Positions 40,272 to 53,700 of a stretch of DNA of 64,000 nt are shown one piece after another. Source of the DNA: Octopus sinensis (Eukaryota). The first letter of the stretch is position 1; the number at the start of each line of letters is the position of its first letter. The stretch covers positions 22,692,001 to 22,756,000 of the forward strand of contig NC_043008.1 in assembly GCF_006345805.1 (NCBI RefSeq), read 5' to 3'. Below the pieces are notes generated by a model. That model was not told the origin of the DNA. It made no database searches and saw only the letters and a program-made list of their open reading frames with translations. The position numbers were made by a program, and so were the translations under genes.

Positions 40272-40748
40272 TGCCTTCTGAAAACCCTGACACAGGAACA
40301 TGGTTGTTAAAGGAAAGAAATAGAAAGAGACTGAGTACAAAGTAAGAAGACATTTGTTTTTGTGTGGCTCAGTCAAGAGGGCAATTTTGTAGGCCATCTC
40401 TCCTGAAAAGATTGGTGGGTTAAAAGAGGAAAGGTTCTACGGTACATGGACTGATGATACAAACTACCAGTCTGATCCCTGGAAGTCAATGGCTGCAGAT
40501 GGACTTGTTAGCAAATAAGACAAGCCTTTACTACCAATGCCCTGGTACGTCTATTGAGTGAGTCTCCATTGGAGAACCACTTCTACCTGTAAACTCTAAT
40601 AAATCAGTGATACGTCACAGGAAAAGGCTTGATAGGGTGTAGCACTTCATACAACAGAGGAGACAAACTGCTTAAGGGGTACCCAAAGGTGAGGAAGCAT
40701 GTATATATATATATATTTGTAGCTATAAGCTTCAGAAAAGTTGTTTAC

Positions 40749-40893
40749 CTGAGAATTTTGTTTCAGAATATACTCTGTGTAGACCCCGGAGAGTCCAGAA
40801 ATGAAGCAGTAGAGGACAATCATGAATAAACCTTTAATAGATATATGGATTTCTCCAGCAGTTTTACCACCTTTCGCTTGGAAGCCACCATAA
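40749..40893 (-). CDS. SLC35A4: SLC35A4-like coding exon
   Basis: CTCTTCTTCAG acceptor; (S)YGGFQAKGGKTAGEIHISIKGLFMIVLYCFISGLSGVYTEYILKQNSQ; GTAAAC donor. Contains the SG..GVY.E.ILK motif of SLC35A. Confidence 0.93.
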
Positions 40894-42916
40894 CTGAAGA
40901 AGAGAAAACAGAAAAGAGGAATTTAAATGGAATTCATTGGAGATTAAATACAGGATTAATTTCTGAAGAATTTACGAAAGAGGGAGGAAGGAATGTAAAA
41001 CTAATTTGGATTTACTTATTTTATTTCATGTCACTTCTTCTGATCAATAGTGCTGTAGGTCACAGGATTTCAATGAGCCAATAAGTAAAAGAGAAAAACA
41101 GCAAGGCTGATTATATATAGTGTCACATCCCAGCAGTAGAGGGAACCTGTGGAAGAGGTAGACCCAAAAAGACCTGAGATGAGGGGTTGAAGCACATCTT
41201 TGAATGTTGGGCCTCACAAAGGCAATGACAAGTGACCAAGGCCTTTGGAGATATGCTGTGCTTGATGACCCGGCATGCCAAGTGAGACCATAACCCCGGC
41301 CTATGCCAGTGAAGTGTAACCAGCCCATTTAAGAGCAGCCTTCAAACATTGGACAATAAACTGTGCTTGCGAAGGCCTGTTGAGCAAGTGAAGTCATTGT
41401 CGTGGCTGATGACAGTATCGCCTGGTTGGCACCCATGCCGGTGGCACATAAAAAGCACCATTCGAGGGTGGTCGATACCAGTGCCGCCTGACTAGCCCTC
41501 GTGCTGGTTGTATGTAAAAAGCATTCACTCTTGGACTAGTTGGCATTAGGAAGGGCATCCAACTGTAGAAACACTGCCAGATTGGATTGGAGCCTGGTAC
41601 AGCCTTCTCGCTTGCCAGCCCTCAGTCAAACCGGCCAACCCATGCCAGCATAGAAAGCAGACATTAAAGGACAACAACAATGATGATGACATCAGTGCTC
41701 AACACTAACATCCTGTATTTTGTTACGCTAATGAAAGAAAGGAAGAAACAAAAAAGATTTATAATCTGATGTGAAAATTAATCTTTTATCAGTCGAAGAC
41801 CAGGTGCAAGTATGGTTATGTGGTTGAGAAGTTGTTTTCACAATCGTGTGGTCTCAGGTTCAGTCCCATTGGGCAAGCATTTTCTACTACAGCCCCAGAC
41901 CACATAAAACCTTGTGAGCAAATTAAACAAATGGAAATTGAAAGAAGCCTGTTGTATATATGTGTGTGTATGTGTGTATCTATATGTATGTATGTATGTA
42001 TATAATAATAATAATAATAATAATAATGAAATTATTGTATACATTGCTCAGGTGCACCACAACTTGTCAGACAGTGCGTATAAAGTATATGCAGTAATGT
42101 ACAAATGTCTGGGAAGCGAATAATGTAGGAGTCAGATACATGCTTGTGTGTGTGTGGAGGGGAGAAAATCAGGTGTAGTGTTGGTGAATCTCAGAAAGCA
42201 TGGAAGTTTTGAAGAATGCAGTGCTACGACAACTAACAACTGATACCAGCAGTTTGTTCCATGCTTCAGTAACTCTTAGCGTGAAAGAAATGTTTCCTAA
42301 AGTGATGGTGGGTATCCTTGTCTTGACATCATGTGATAGTTGTAAGCAAGCATCCCCGTCATGCAAGCAATGTTATTTGTTTTCTCGTCTTACATGAAAA
42401 ACGCATGGGAAATATTAACCTGCTGAGACACAAATGAGGGTTGGCAACAGGAAGAACATCCAGCCATAGGAAATCTGCCTCGTCAAATTCCGCCTGACAC
42501 ATGCTAGCATGGGGAAGCAGGTGTTTGATGATGATAATGACGGTTGTCGTTGAGTCATCTTCGTCGCCGTCATCACTGTGTGGCTTTGGAACTGATATCA
42601 ACTTGTTACTCTGGCACAAAGCCATAAATTTAAAACGCAATGAAGTTATTTATTAATCAATGAAATCCAAGATGAAAGTGATGCGAAGCCGAGCTGACTC
42701 CAGAGGGAATTAACGTCAGAATGTAAACAAGTGAATCTAAAAAGCTCAACTGTATTTCCCCCAGCACTCAACTAGTTCTGACATGTATTTTCCTTGCTTA
42801 TTACCGACAATAAGAAAGAAGTCAAAGACATGTCTGACACAAATATTACAAAGAACCACAAAAGATTAAAATGAAAAGCTACACATAAGAAAGCATTGCA
42901 AAGTATAATTTAAACA

Positions 42917-43465
42917 TACAGGGGCATAATGGAAGCACCTTAAAATTTCAAACAAATCTATTTTAACATGGGGTAGGACTGCCTTTGGCAGTAATTACAG
43001 CTTGAATTCAATGAGGTAATTGACTCGTACAAAGTTTCAATTATTTCCAAAGGAATTTTTGTCCATTCTTCAGCTGAAACAGTCTCCAGTTCTTGTAGTG
43101 ATGATGGTGGAGGATATCAACTCCTTACTTCTTTTTCCTAAAATGCACCATAAATGTCCAATAATATTGAGATCTGGGGGACTGTGGTGGCCAGATACGA
43201 TGTTCAACTTCGCTAGAATGTTCCTTGTGCCATTCAGTAACAGCTTTAGCTGTGTGAATTGGTGCATTATCATCCTGAAAGATTGCGTTTCCCTCCGGAA
43301 ATAGTTCTGCAACCATAGGATGAATTTGATCAGATAAAATGCTTAAATAGTCTTGACTATTAATTCTGCCATGAAGGGAAACCATTGGGCCGGTGGATTT
43401 CCAAGATATAGTCCCCCAGATCATCACAGATACTCCTCCATGTTTAACACTTGGAAGAAGCTGTC
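42917..43465 (-). mobile_element. Tc1-like transposase 3' fragment with terminal sequence
   Basis: MIWGTISWKSTGPMVSLHGRINSQDY...IFQDDNAPIHTAK...WPPQSPDLNII; TA-CAGGGG end at 42917. Confidence 0.88.
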
Positions 43466-44124
43466 ACATCTCATGAATGAACCTTTTTTGGATCGAATAG
43501 TGATTGGTGATGAGAAATAGGTTCTCTATAAAAATATCAAGCACCAAAGCCAGTGGGGAGGGAAAGAAGAAATACTGGCACCCCAGGCTAAAGAAGGTCT
43601 TGCACCCACATAAGGTGTTGTTATCTGTTTGGTGGAATATGAAAGGTTTAGTCCACCTTGAGCTTTTAAACTCAAACCAAACAATAACAAAGCAGATCTA
43701 CTGTGAGCAGCTTGAGCAGCTTAAGTCAGCGCTATAAGGAAAATTACCATCTTTGGTTTCAAGACGAAGGTGTTCTTCCATCAGGATAATGCTCAGCCAC
43801 ATACAGCGAGGAGGACATTCCAAAGGCTGGAGCAGTTCGAATGCCCCAACCACCATATTCGCCAGACATTGCCCCATCAGATTATCATTTATTCTGCAGT
43901 CTTAAAAATCATTTGGATGGCAAAAATATGAATTCTGTAGAAGGAGTATTTTTTTGTTACGGACAAGTGAATTTTGGAAGAGGGGCCTTGCAAATCTACC
44001 AAATAGATGGAAGATCACTGTAGAAAATGAAGGAGAGTCTATTTTAGATTAAAACAGAACTTTATCTTAATTTTGAAAAATAAAAAGTTTTAAAAACCCA
44101 CATTATTTATGGGATGACCCAATA
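43466..44124 (+). mobile_element. mariner (DD34D) transposase fragment
   Basis: FLDRIVIGDEK, KVLLSVWW..KG.VH.ELL, FHQDNAQPH, PYSPDIAPSDYHLF; TIR-like TTATTTATGGGATGACCCAATA end. Confidence 0.9.
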
Positions 44125-44170
44125 TGTATCATGACTATCATCATAATTAAACATCCATTTTCCACACTGG

Positions 44171-44201
<31 letters not shown>

Positions 44202-44230
44202 GTATGTATGTATATATATATATTATATAT

Positions 44231-44300
<70 letters not shown>

Positions 44301-45304
44301 TGTAGGCACAGGCGTGGCTGTGTGGTAAGAAGCTTGCTTCCCAACCTCATGGCTCTTGGTTCAGTCCCACTGCATGGCACCTTGGGTAAGTGTCTTCTAC
44401 TATAGCCTCGAGTCAACCAAAGCCTTGTGAGTGGATTTGGTGGATCGAGTCTGAAGCCGATCATGTGTGTGTATATATGTGTGTGTGTGTGTGTGTGTGG
44501 ATTTATGTGTATGGTTCTTTGTATCTATCTTTGTCCCCACACCATCGCTCGACAACCAATGTTGGTGTGTTTATGTCCTGAAAACTTAGAGGTTCAGCAA
44601 AAGAGACCTATAGGATAAGTACTAGGCTTACAAAGAATAAATCCTGGGGTTGATTTGTTCGACTAAATGCAGTGCTCCAGCACTGCTGCAGTTAAATGAC
44701 TGAAACATGTAAAAGAGTAATATATAAATGTATATATATATATATATATATATATCGGTCTCTTTTGCTGAACCTCTAAGTTTTCAGGACATAAACACAC
44801 CAACATGTATACATACACATATATGTTTATATATACATAAACATATATAATGTATTGTTCTATGATTAAGATCAACAAAAAAAGAAGTCCGCCTGGTGGG
44901 AAATAAATATTATTTAATAAAGGCAAACAAGTTTTTATGGTGGGAAATAAATATTATTTAATAAAGGCAATACAAGTTTTTATGTGCTACTATTAGTTTT
45001 ATGTACTGAGATGCCAGACATGTTATAAAACATTGCGTTTATTAAATTATACAAAGACCCTTGGTGATATATTGTGCTTGTGTTAAGCTGTCAAGCCAAA
45101 TGAGATAGATCAATGACACCCATGACGGTGGCATGTAAAAAGCACTAGTACACTCTCAGAGTGGTGGGCATTAAAAAGCATATCCAGCCACAGAAGCTTT
45201 GCCAAATCAAACTGGAACCTGGTGCAGCCCCCCACCCAAGCTTACCAGTTTTCAGCCAAACTGTTCAACCCATGTCAGCATGGAAAGCAGACGTTAAACG
45301 ATGA

Positions 45305-45308
45305 TGAT

Positions 45309-45357
<49 letters not shown>

Positions 45358-45940
45358 GATTAGATGGATAGATTAGATTGATAGATAGATAGATAGGATT
45401 AGATGGATAGATTAGATTGATAGATAGATAGGATTAGATGGATAGATTAGATAGATAGATAGATAGATAGACCGATAGATAGATAGATTAGATTGATAGA
45501 TAGATAGGATTAGATGGATAGATTATAGATAGATAGATAGATAGATAGGATTAGATGGATAGATTAGATAGATAGATAGATAGATAGGATTAGATGGATA
45601 GATTAGATTGATAGATAGATAGATAGGATTAGATGGATAGATTAGATTGATAGATAGATAGATAGATTAGATAGATAGATAGACCGATAGATAGATAGAT
45701 TAGATTGATTGATAGATAGATAGATAGATAGGATTAGATGGATAGATTAGATTGATAGATAGATAGATAGGATTAGATGGATAGATTAGATTGATAGATA
45801 GATAGATAGGATTAGATAGATAAATAGATAGATAGATAGATTAGATAGATAGATAGACCGATAGATAGATAGATTAGATTGATAGATAGATAGATAGATA
45901 GGATTAGATGGATAGATTAGATAGATAGATAGATAAATAT
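45305..45940. repeat. Compound (GATA)n satellite with interspersed GGATTAGAT / ACCGATAGAT variants
   Basis: Direct reading; it extends from the (GAT)n tail of a retroposon. Confidence 0.95.
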
Positions 45941-45994
45941 CCATACCTACACACACACACTTACCTACCTACCTACCAACCTGCCTGCATGCAT

Positions 45995-46038
<44 letters not shown>

Positions 46039-46589
46039 CACTGTTTTAACATCTACATTTCTATGCTTATGGGGCTCAGGTGGAATTTGTCAAGGCAGAT
46101 TTTCTATAGCTGGATACCCTCCAGTCTCCAATCTTCACCTGTTTCAAAGGAAAGTAATATTTCCCTATACCCAGGCAGATTTTCCATGACCAGGATGTCC
46201 TTCCTGCCACCAACCTTTATCTGTTTTCAAGCAGGGTAATATTTCCCTTTCGACAGACATTTTTTTTGCAGAATATTGGAAATGAATGACATTCACTTAC
46301 AACAAGCATACAACGTCAAGAAAAGCAGACAAACAAACGTGTGATAGGCTTCTTTCAGTTTCCCTCTCTTTTACTCTTTTACTTGTTTCAGTCATTTGAC
46401 AGTGGCCATGCTGGAGCACCGCATGCTAATCGGTCAAGCTAATCGACCCCCAGGACTTATTCTTTCAAAGCCTAGTACTTATTCTATCAGTCTCTTTTGC
46501 CGAACCGCTAAGTTACTGGGACGTAAACACTCCAGCATCGGTTGTCAAGCGATGTTGGGGGACAAACACAGACACACAAACATATACAC

Positions 46590-46642
<53 letters not shown>

Positions 46643-47432
46643 CACATATACATATACATATATACGACGGGCTTCTTTCAGTTTCCATCTACCAAATCCA
46701 CTCACAAGGCTTTGGTCAGCCCGAGGCTATAGTAGAAGACACTTGCCCAATGTGCCACGCAGTGGGACAGAACCCGGAACCATGTGGTTCGTAAGCAAGC
46801 TACTTACCACACAGCCACTCCTACACCTCTGTGAAATCAATTCACATGGCTTTGGTCAGTTCAGGGCTATAACAGAAAAGCAAGGATCGAACTCCAAACC
46901 ATATAGTTGGGAAGCAACTATATCGTCATCATCATCATTTAACGTCCATTGTCCATGCTGCCATAGACTAGGCAGTGTGACCAGAGTCGGCAAGCTGGGG
47001 AGCTGCACCAAACTCCAGTCTGATTTGGCATGGTTTCTCTGACTGGATGCCCTTCCTAACGCCAACTACTTTATAGAGTGTGCTGTATATATATTTATAT
47101 TCCACACACATATGCACATATATTTATATATATTTTCACAGGTATATATTTCCTAATGCCAAAATTATTCAGAGCAAAGCTAGAAATATTTAGTTTTTAA
47201 TACAGAACTACCTAATTCACATACTGTAGCGCCTTGATATACGAGTAAATTTTTTCCTGGAGACCGCTCGTAAAGAGACATGAAATGAAGTGGCTTGCTC
47301 AAGAACACAATGCACTGCCCAGTCCAAGAATTGAAACCACAATCTTACGATCATGAGTCCAACACCCTAACCACTAGGCCACGTGCCTCTACCTCGCAAT
47401 ACTGCAAAGTTATAAAGAACATTGCTACCAAC

Positions 47433-47495
47433 CTGTCAAAAACACCAGCAACAGTTAACAAACCAAGAGATATCCACTGTATTGATGTTATAGGC
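47433..47495 (-). CDS. SLC35A4: SLC35A4-like coding exon
   Basis: TTTCTTTGCAG acceptor; (R)PITSIQWISLGLLTVAGVFD plus AG; GTTGGT donor; phase 2/2. Confidence 0.9.
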
Positions 47496-47858
47496 CTGCA
47501 AAGAAATAAACAGCTTTGATTAAAACGTAACAACTGCACCAACAATTACATAACAATAACAAGAAGAAGAAGAACAACAACAACAACAATAACGATTCTT
47601 TCAAATTTCGGCACAAGGTCAGCAATTCTACATCAATTACATTGACCCCAGTACTTGACTGGTACTGTATTTTATGCCAGCATAAAATAAAAATAAACTT
47701 GTAAAGACCCAGAAGAAATGCCACAAAGTATTTTGTCCAGCAGGCTAAGGACAATTTTGTCACCTTGTGGTCTTCAGAATAATCCTTTCAACTATAGGTA
47801 CAAGGTTGAAAATCTTAGCCCAGCAGTCTAACGATTCTGTCAGATCGCATCCTTAATA

Positions 47859-47894
<36 letters not shown>

Positions 47895-47896
<2 letters not shown>

Positions 47897-47897
47897 A

Positions 47898-47936
<39 letters not shown>

Positions 47937-48151
47937 CCTTTCTACTGGAAACACAAGGCCTCCAATTTGGGGGAAGAGATTAAGTCAATTAAATCGACTC
48001 TGATGCGTAACTGGTCCTTAATTTATCGATCCCGAAAGGATGAAAGGCAAAGTAAATCTTGGTGGAATTTGAACTCATAACATAAAGACAGATGAAATAC
48101 CACTAAGCATTTCACCCAGCATGCTAATGGTTCTGCCAGCTCACCACCTTA

Positions 48152-48192
<41 letters not shown>

Positions 48193-48410
48193 CCTTTCTA
48201 CTGGAAACACAAGGCCTCCAATTTGGGGGAAGAGATTAAGTCAATTAAATCGACTCTGATGCGTAACTGGTCCTTAATTTATCGATCCCGAAAGGATGAA
48301 AGGCAAAGTAAATCTTGGTGGAATTTGAACTCATAACATAAAGACAGATGAAATACCACTAAGCATTTCACCCAGCATGCTAATGGTTCTGCCAGCTCAC
48401 CACCTTAGTA
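47895..48410 (-). repeat. Perfect tandem duplication of a ~257-bp SINE+(AAT)n unit
   Basis: About 47933-48152 is identical by eye to about 48190-48409; the copies are separated by (AAT)n. Confidence 0.9.
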
Positions 48411-49271
48411 ATAATAATAATAATAATAATATAGTAATAATAATAATAATAGTAATAATAATAATAATAGTAATAATAATAATCCTTTCTACTATAGACA
48501 CAAGGAGCCAGTTAGATCAACCCCAGTTGAAAGGATGAAAGACGAGATCTACACTGGTGGAATTTGAACTCAGAACGTAAAGACAGATGAAATACTGTTA
48601 AGCATTTTGTTCGGCATGCTAGCGATTCTGGCAGCTCGCCACCTTAATGATGATGATGGTGATGATGATGATGATGGTGATGATGATGGTGATGATGATG
48701 ATGATGATGATGATGAGGAGGAGGAGGAGGAGGAGAAGAAGAAGAAATGATGATGATGAACAACAACAACAACAACAACAACTGTTTCTGATTTAGGCAC
48801 AAGGCCAAACCAGGAAATAAATCACTTCCAACTCTTAATTTAATTAGAAACAAATGAACAAATTTAAAGATATCGTATTTTACTCTAGGCACAAGACCCG
48901 AACTTTTGGGGAAGGGGGCCACTCAATTTGATCGACCCCAGTAAACAACTGGTACTTAATTTATCAACCTCAAAAGGATGAAAGGCAAAGTTGACCTCGG
49001 CGGGATTTGAACTCAGAACGTAAAGACAGACGAAATACCGCTAAGCATTTCGCTCGGTGTACTAACGTTTCTGCCAGCTCGCTGCTTTACAAATTTTAAA
49101 ATATCCAAAAGAAAACACTTATGAAATTAAAAAAGAAATTATTTCAAATAAAAATACTAACAACAAAATGCTAAAAAAAGGAAGTATGTGTAACGAAGGA
49201 TTCGGCAAAATTCACAAAACTAATTAAACTGTAAAAATATATTGGAACAAAAGACTTGTGGAAGTACTCAC

Positions 49272-49330
49272 CGTTTAATAATTAACCGGTATAATAAAGC
49301 TGTAGTGGCTATTTTTAAATTACTCAAGAC
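49272..49330 (-). CDS. SLC35A4: SLC35A4-like coding exon
   Basis: TTTATAG acceptor; VLSNLKIATTALLYRLIIK plus CG; GTGAGT donor; phase 0/2. Confidence 0.92.
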
Positions 49331-49415
49331 CTATAAATGGTAAATACACAAAAAGAAAACAAATAAAGAGAATGTTGTTTATTAATAATGTAACTACTTT
49401 TTGAAATATCCTCAA

Positions 49416-49463
<48 letters not shown>

Positions 49464-50561
49464 TAAATGGATATGTAAGTAAACAGATGGATAAATAGAT
49501 AGATAGGTACATAGGTAATATGGACAGATAAGCACACACACACACACACACACAAGGACACATAGGGAGACACACATCCATACATAACAGACACACGTAC
49601 ATAGTCACACTAACCCATATACATAGACACACTCAAACAAGCACACACAAGGAGACAGAGGTACACACAGAAATACACACACAAACACATGCATACATAC
49701 ATATATATGTACGTGTATACACATGCACACTGACACACACACACACATGTGCACTAACAAACAAAAAGAACGCAACTCTGACAATAGACAGAGTCAAAAA
49801 CTATTTAAGACAATGAAAATTTTAGAAAAAAATAAATAAGTAAATGAGTGGAAATCAAACTGGTGTATTAAGTAATAAGGCACTAAATGAGAATGATTCT
49901 CCCCAGACACTATAATCAATATATATATATATTATATCATCATCATTTAGCGTCCGTTCTCCATGCTAGCATGGGTTGGATGGTTCAACTGGGGTCTGTG
50001 AAGCTGGAAGGCTTCATCAGGCCCAGTCAGATCTGGCAGTGTTTCTACGGCTGGATGCCCTTCCTAACGCCAACCACTCCGTGAGTGTAGTGGGTGCTTT
50101 TTACGTGCCACCCGCACAGGTGCCAGACAGAGCTGGCAAACGGCCATGAACGGATGGTGTTTTTTACGTGTCACCGGCACGGGGCCAGGCGAGGCTGGCA
50201 ACGGACACGAACGGATGGTGCTTTTACGTGCCACCAACACGGGGGCCAGACAGAGCTGGCAAACGGCCACGAAACGGATGGTGCTTTTATGTGTCACCGG
50301 CACGGGGGCCAGGCGATAGAGATATAATATAAATTATAGATAAAACCACTATAATGCAACTCAAACAGTGACAGACATAAACCAAAACATAAATAATAAA
50401 TAATAGATATCTTTATTATGTTTTGGTTTATGTCTATCACTGTTTGAGTTGCATAATAGAGGTTCTGTCTCTAATTTATATTTTATATATTTATACTGTG
50501 AAATTTGATTTAATACTAATCGAATTTTTCCCTGTAAGTTTGGAGTTATACTCCCTAATAT

Positions 50562-50603
<42 letters not shown>

Positions 50604-50679
50604 ATATTTATTATAATTTTACTCTGCTATGTATTGAGTACCTTATTTACTGTGGTTAACCCCGAATCAACCCGGGACC

Positions 50680-50721
<42 letters not shown>

Positions 50722-53700
50722 CACACTTCTGCCACAAATATTGGAAACATAAAATCATTAAAAAAACGTTAAAAGCACATAAAAATCATGTTGCTGTACA
50801 ATAAATAAGAATAAAAGCATATAAAATCATAGTAATATACATGTTAAGATACACACCATAAAGCAGCGTAGCTTAGTGAACGAAATCCTGAAATGCATTC
50901 ATAAATAAAGTACAGAACTGGGAATGGTTATTATTGGTTCAGCCAAGAGACAAGTAAATTCGATTTAAGTCATGTTTCCCGGACCCAATTAATGATGTAG
51001 GGTGAGGTATGTCTGTATATATACATCAGTGGCGAAGGGTAACTAGGAAACTAGGGAATGCAGTCCAGCCAGCCACACACAAATACACTGAGGTTGGTTG
51101 GGGAGCAGAGGGTTCCGAGTGTTCTACCCTTCCCTGTTTTCCACGAGAAGTGTAGTATTATATGCTTTGAGATATATGGAATCTGAAAATGAAAATAGTT
51201 TCCCCTCACTACAATGCAACTATTTTGAAGTAGTTAGTAACACACGAGAAATGTCCATACAAGCATTTCCAAAATATATACAGGAATTCCGGGATTAGTG
51301 CGCAAAAAAGTTCTGAGACTGCCCCTTAATATAAGCGATGTCAAATTTGATTAGGTTGTTTCAATAAGTGCTTGTCTACTTTTTCTGCACAATCCCTTTG
51401 AAGCATTGGCAGCACCTCATCTTCAGTTGCACACCAATCTTTCACGCATGAGGTCTGGGGTCATGTGCCACACCTACCAGTGCTTAACTAGCATATTCAA
51501 AATAAATCGACAAAACTTCTTGAAATTCCACCAAAAGTCAAATGGCTCTCTTTACTCTTCTATTTGCTTCAGTCATTTGACTGTGGCCATGCTGGATCAC
51601 CGCCTTTAGTTGAATCAAATCGACCCCAGGACTTATTCTTTGTAAGCCTAGTACTTATTCTATCGGTCTCTTTTGCTGAAACACTAAGTTACGGGGACCT
51701 AAGCACACCAGCATCAGTTGGGAGTACAACAAACACAGATACATAACATATACACACATATAAACATATATACGATGGGCTTCTTTCAATTTCCATCTAC
51801 CAAATCCACTCACAAGGCTTTGGTCGATCCGAGGCTATAGTAGAAGACACTTGCCCAAGGTGCCATGCAGTGGGACTGAACCCGGAACCATGTGGTTGGT
51901 AAGCAAGCTACTTACCACACAGCTGGAAATACTCCCACTTCTAATATCGTAGCCATATTGAGGTGGCGAGCTGGCAGATTTGATAGCAAGTCAGATGTGA
52001 TGCTTTGCAGTATTTCATCCGTACTTACGCTCTGAGTTCAAATTCTGCTAGGGTCGACTTTGCCGTTCATCCGTTTGAAATCTATAAATTAAGTACCAGT
52101 TAAGCACTGGGGTTGATGTAATCGACTAGACCCATTCTCCCAAAATTTCAACCTTTGTGGCTGTATAAGATAGGAATATTGTAGTCATATTGAACCATGC
52201 CTATTTTCAAAGAACATTGCATATAGAAACGAAATCAGAAAACAATATTCCAAAATACGATGTGTATTTTTCAGTCGAGTCTAGCATGGCAAAGCTGATT
52301 TTAAAAAGGAGCATCAGTCAGATCATCCTAATTTTTCTTGCATTTTATAATTATAACTTTTTTCTAAGATAAAACAGCACTCCACGAATTTTGGGGGGTT
52401 TTTACTGCTTCCTTGATTTTTTAATAGTATTTTATGTCTCATAAATATACAAGCTAAAGTGAATTTTGTCCCGTTTCTTAATTACAAAAAAAAACAATAG
52501 GTGCATTTTTTAAAGAATTTTATTTATTTGTGCCAGTTTTTAAATATGGGTGGCCATAACTGAAAACCAACATTTATCAGCACACATTTAGCCAGGAACT
52601 TTTCAGCACTTCCTCATATGTGTGTATATATGATGATGATGATATTTACAAGTATGTATGCACATGCATGTTTAGATTTTGTACCTGTACATCTGTGTAG
52701 TGTAGGAAAAGACTGTTAGTCTGTATGGTCTCAACTATTTTCACATGCTTTCCCTCATACACATCATCATCATCATCATTTAACGTCCGCTTTCCATGCT
52801 AGCATGGGTTGGACGGTTCAACTGGGGTCTGGGGAGCCCGAAGGCTGCACCAGTCCAGTCAGATCTGGCAGTGTTTCTACAGCTGGATGCCCTTCCTAAC
52901 GCCAACCACTCCGAGAGTGTAGTGGGTGATTTTATGTGCCACCGACACAGGTGCCAGACGAGGCTGGCAAACAGTCACGCTCGGATGGTGTTTTTTATGT
53001 GCCACCGACACAGGTGCCAGACGGCCACGCTCGGATGGTGTTTTTATGTGCCACCGACACAGGTGCCAGATGAGGCTGGCAAACGTCCACGATCGGATGG
53101 TGTTTGTTACGTGCCCACAGCACGGAGGCCAGTCGATGCGGTACTGGCTACGGCCACGTTCGGATGGTTTTCTTGTGTGCCACGTGCCACCGGCACTGGT
53201 ACCACAAAGATACAAATTCCATTGATGTTCATCTATTTTGATTTGTTTTGATTTTCACTTGCCTCATCAGGTCTTCACAAGTGTCACAAGAAGGAAGGTA
53301 AGCACAGGTGGACTGACTACGTCCCAGGTAGGGGCCACGGTACTGGCTACGGCCACGTTCGGATGGTTTCCTTGTGTCCCACCGGCACTGGTACCACAAA
53401 GATACAAATTCCATTAATGTTCATCTATTTTGATTTGTTTTGATTTGATTTGATATAATTATATTTACAGGTGTAATTAATTTAACTTAAATTACCAAAA
53501 TGCTACTCTATTTATAGTTTTATAAATATATATATATAAAAAACTATAAATAGTTTTATACAACTTGTACTGGTCTATTCTTATTTACATTAAATAGCAA
53601 TATATATATTTATAACTCTCAGCTAGTTGGGCATATCACCATCTTTAGAACATACACCTTTCCATGCTTGCATGGGTCGGACAGAGTTTAGTGAGGCTGA

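Noticed and set aside
40447-40490. CTGATGA hammerhead core candidate
   Set aside because: No stem II and no properly placed GAAA or stem III follow.
53245-53275. CTGATGAGGCAAGTGAAA on the minus strand
   Set aside because: Stem II cannot form, and the related copy near 41376 reads CTGTTGAG; it is ordinary retroposon sequence.
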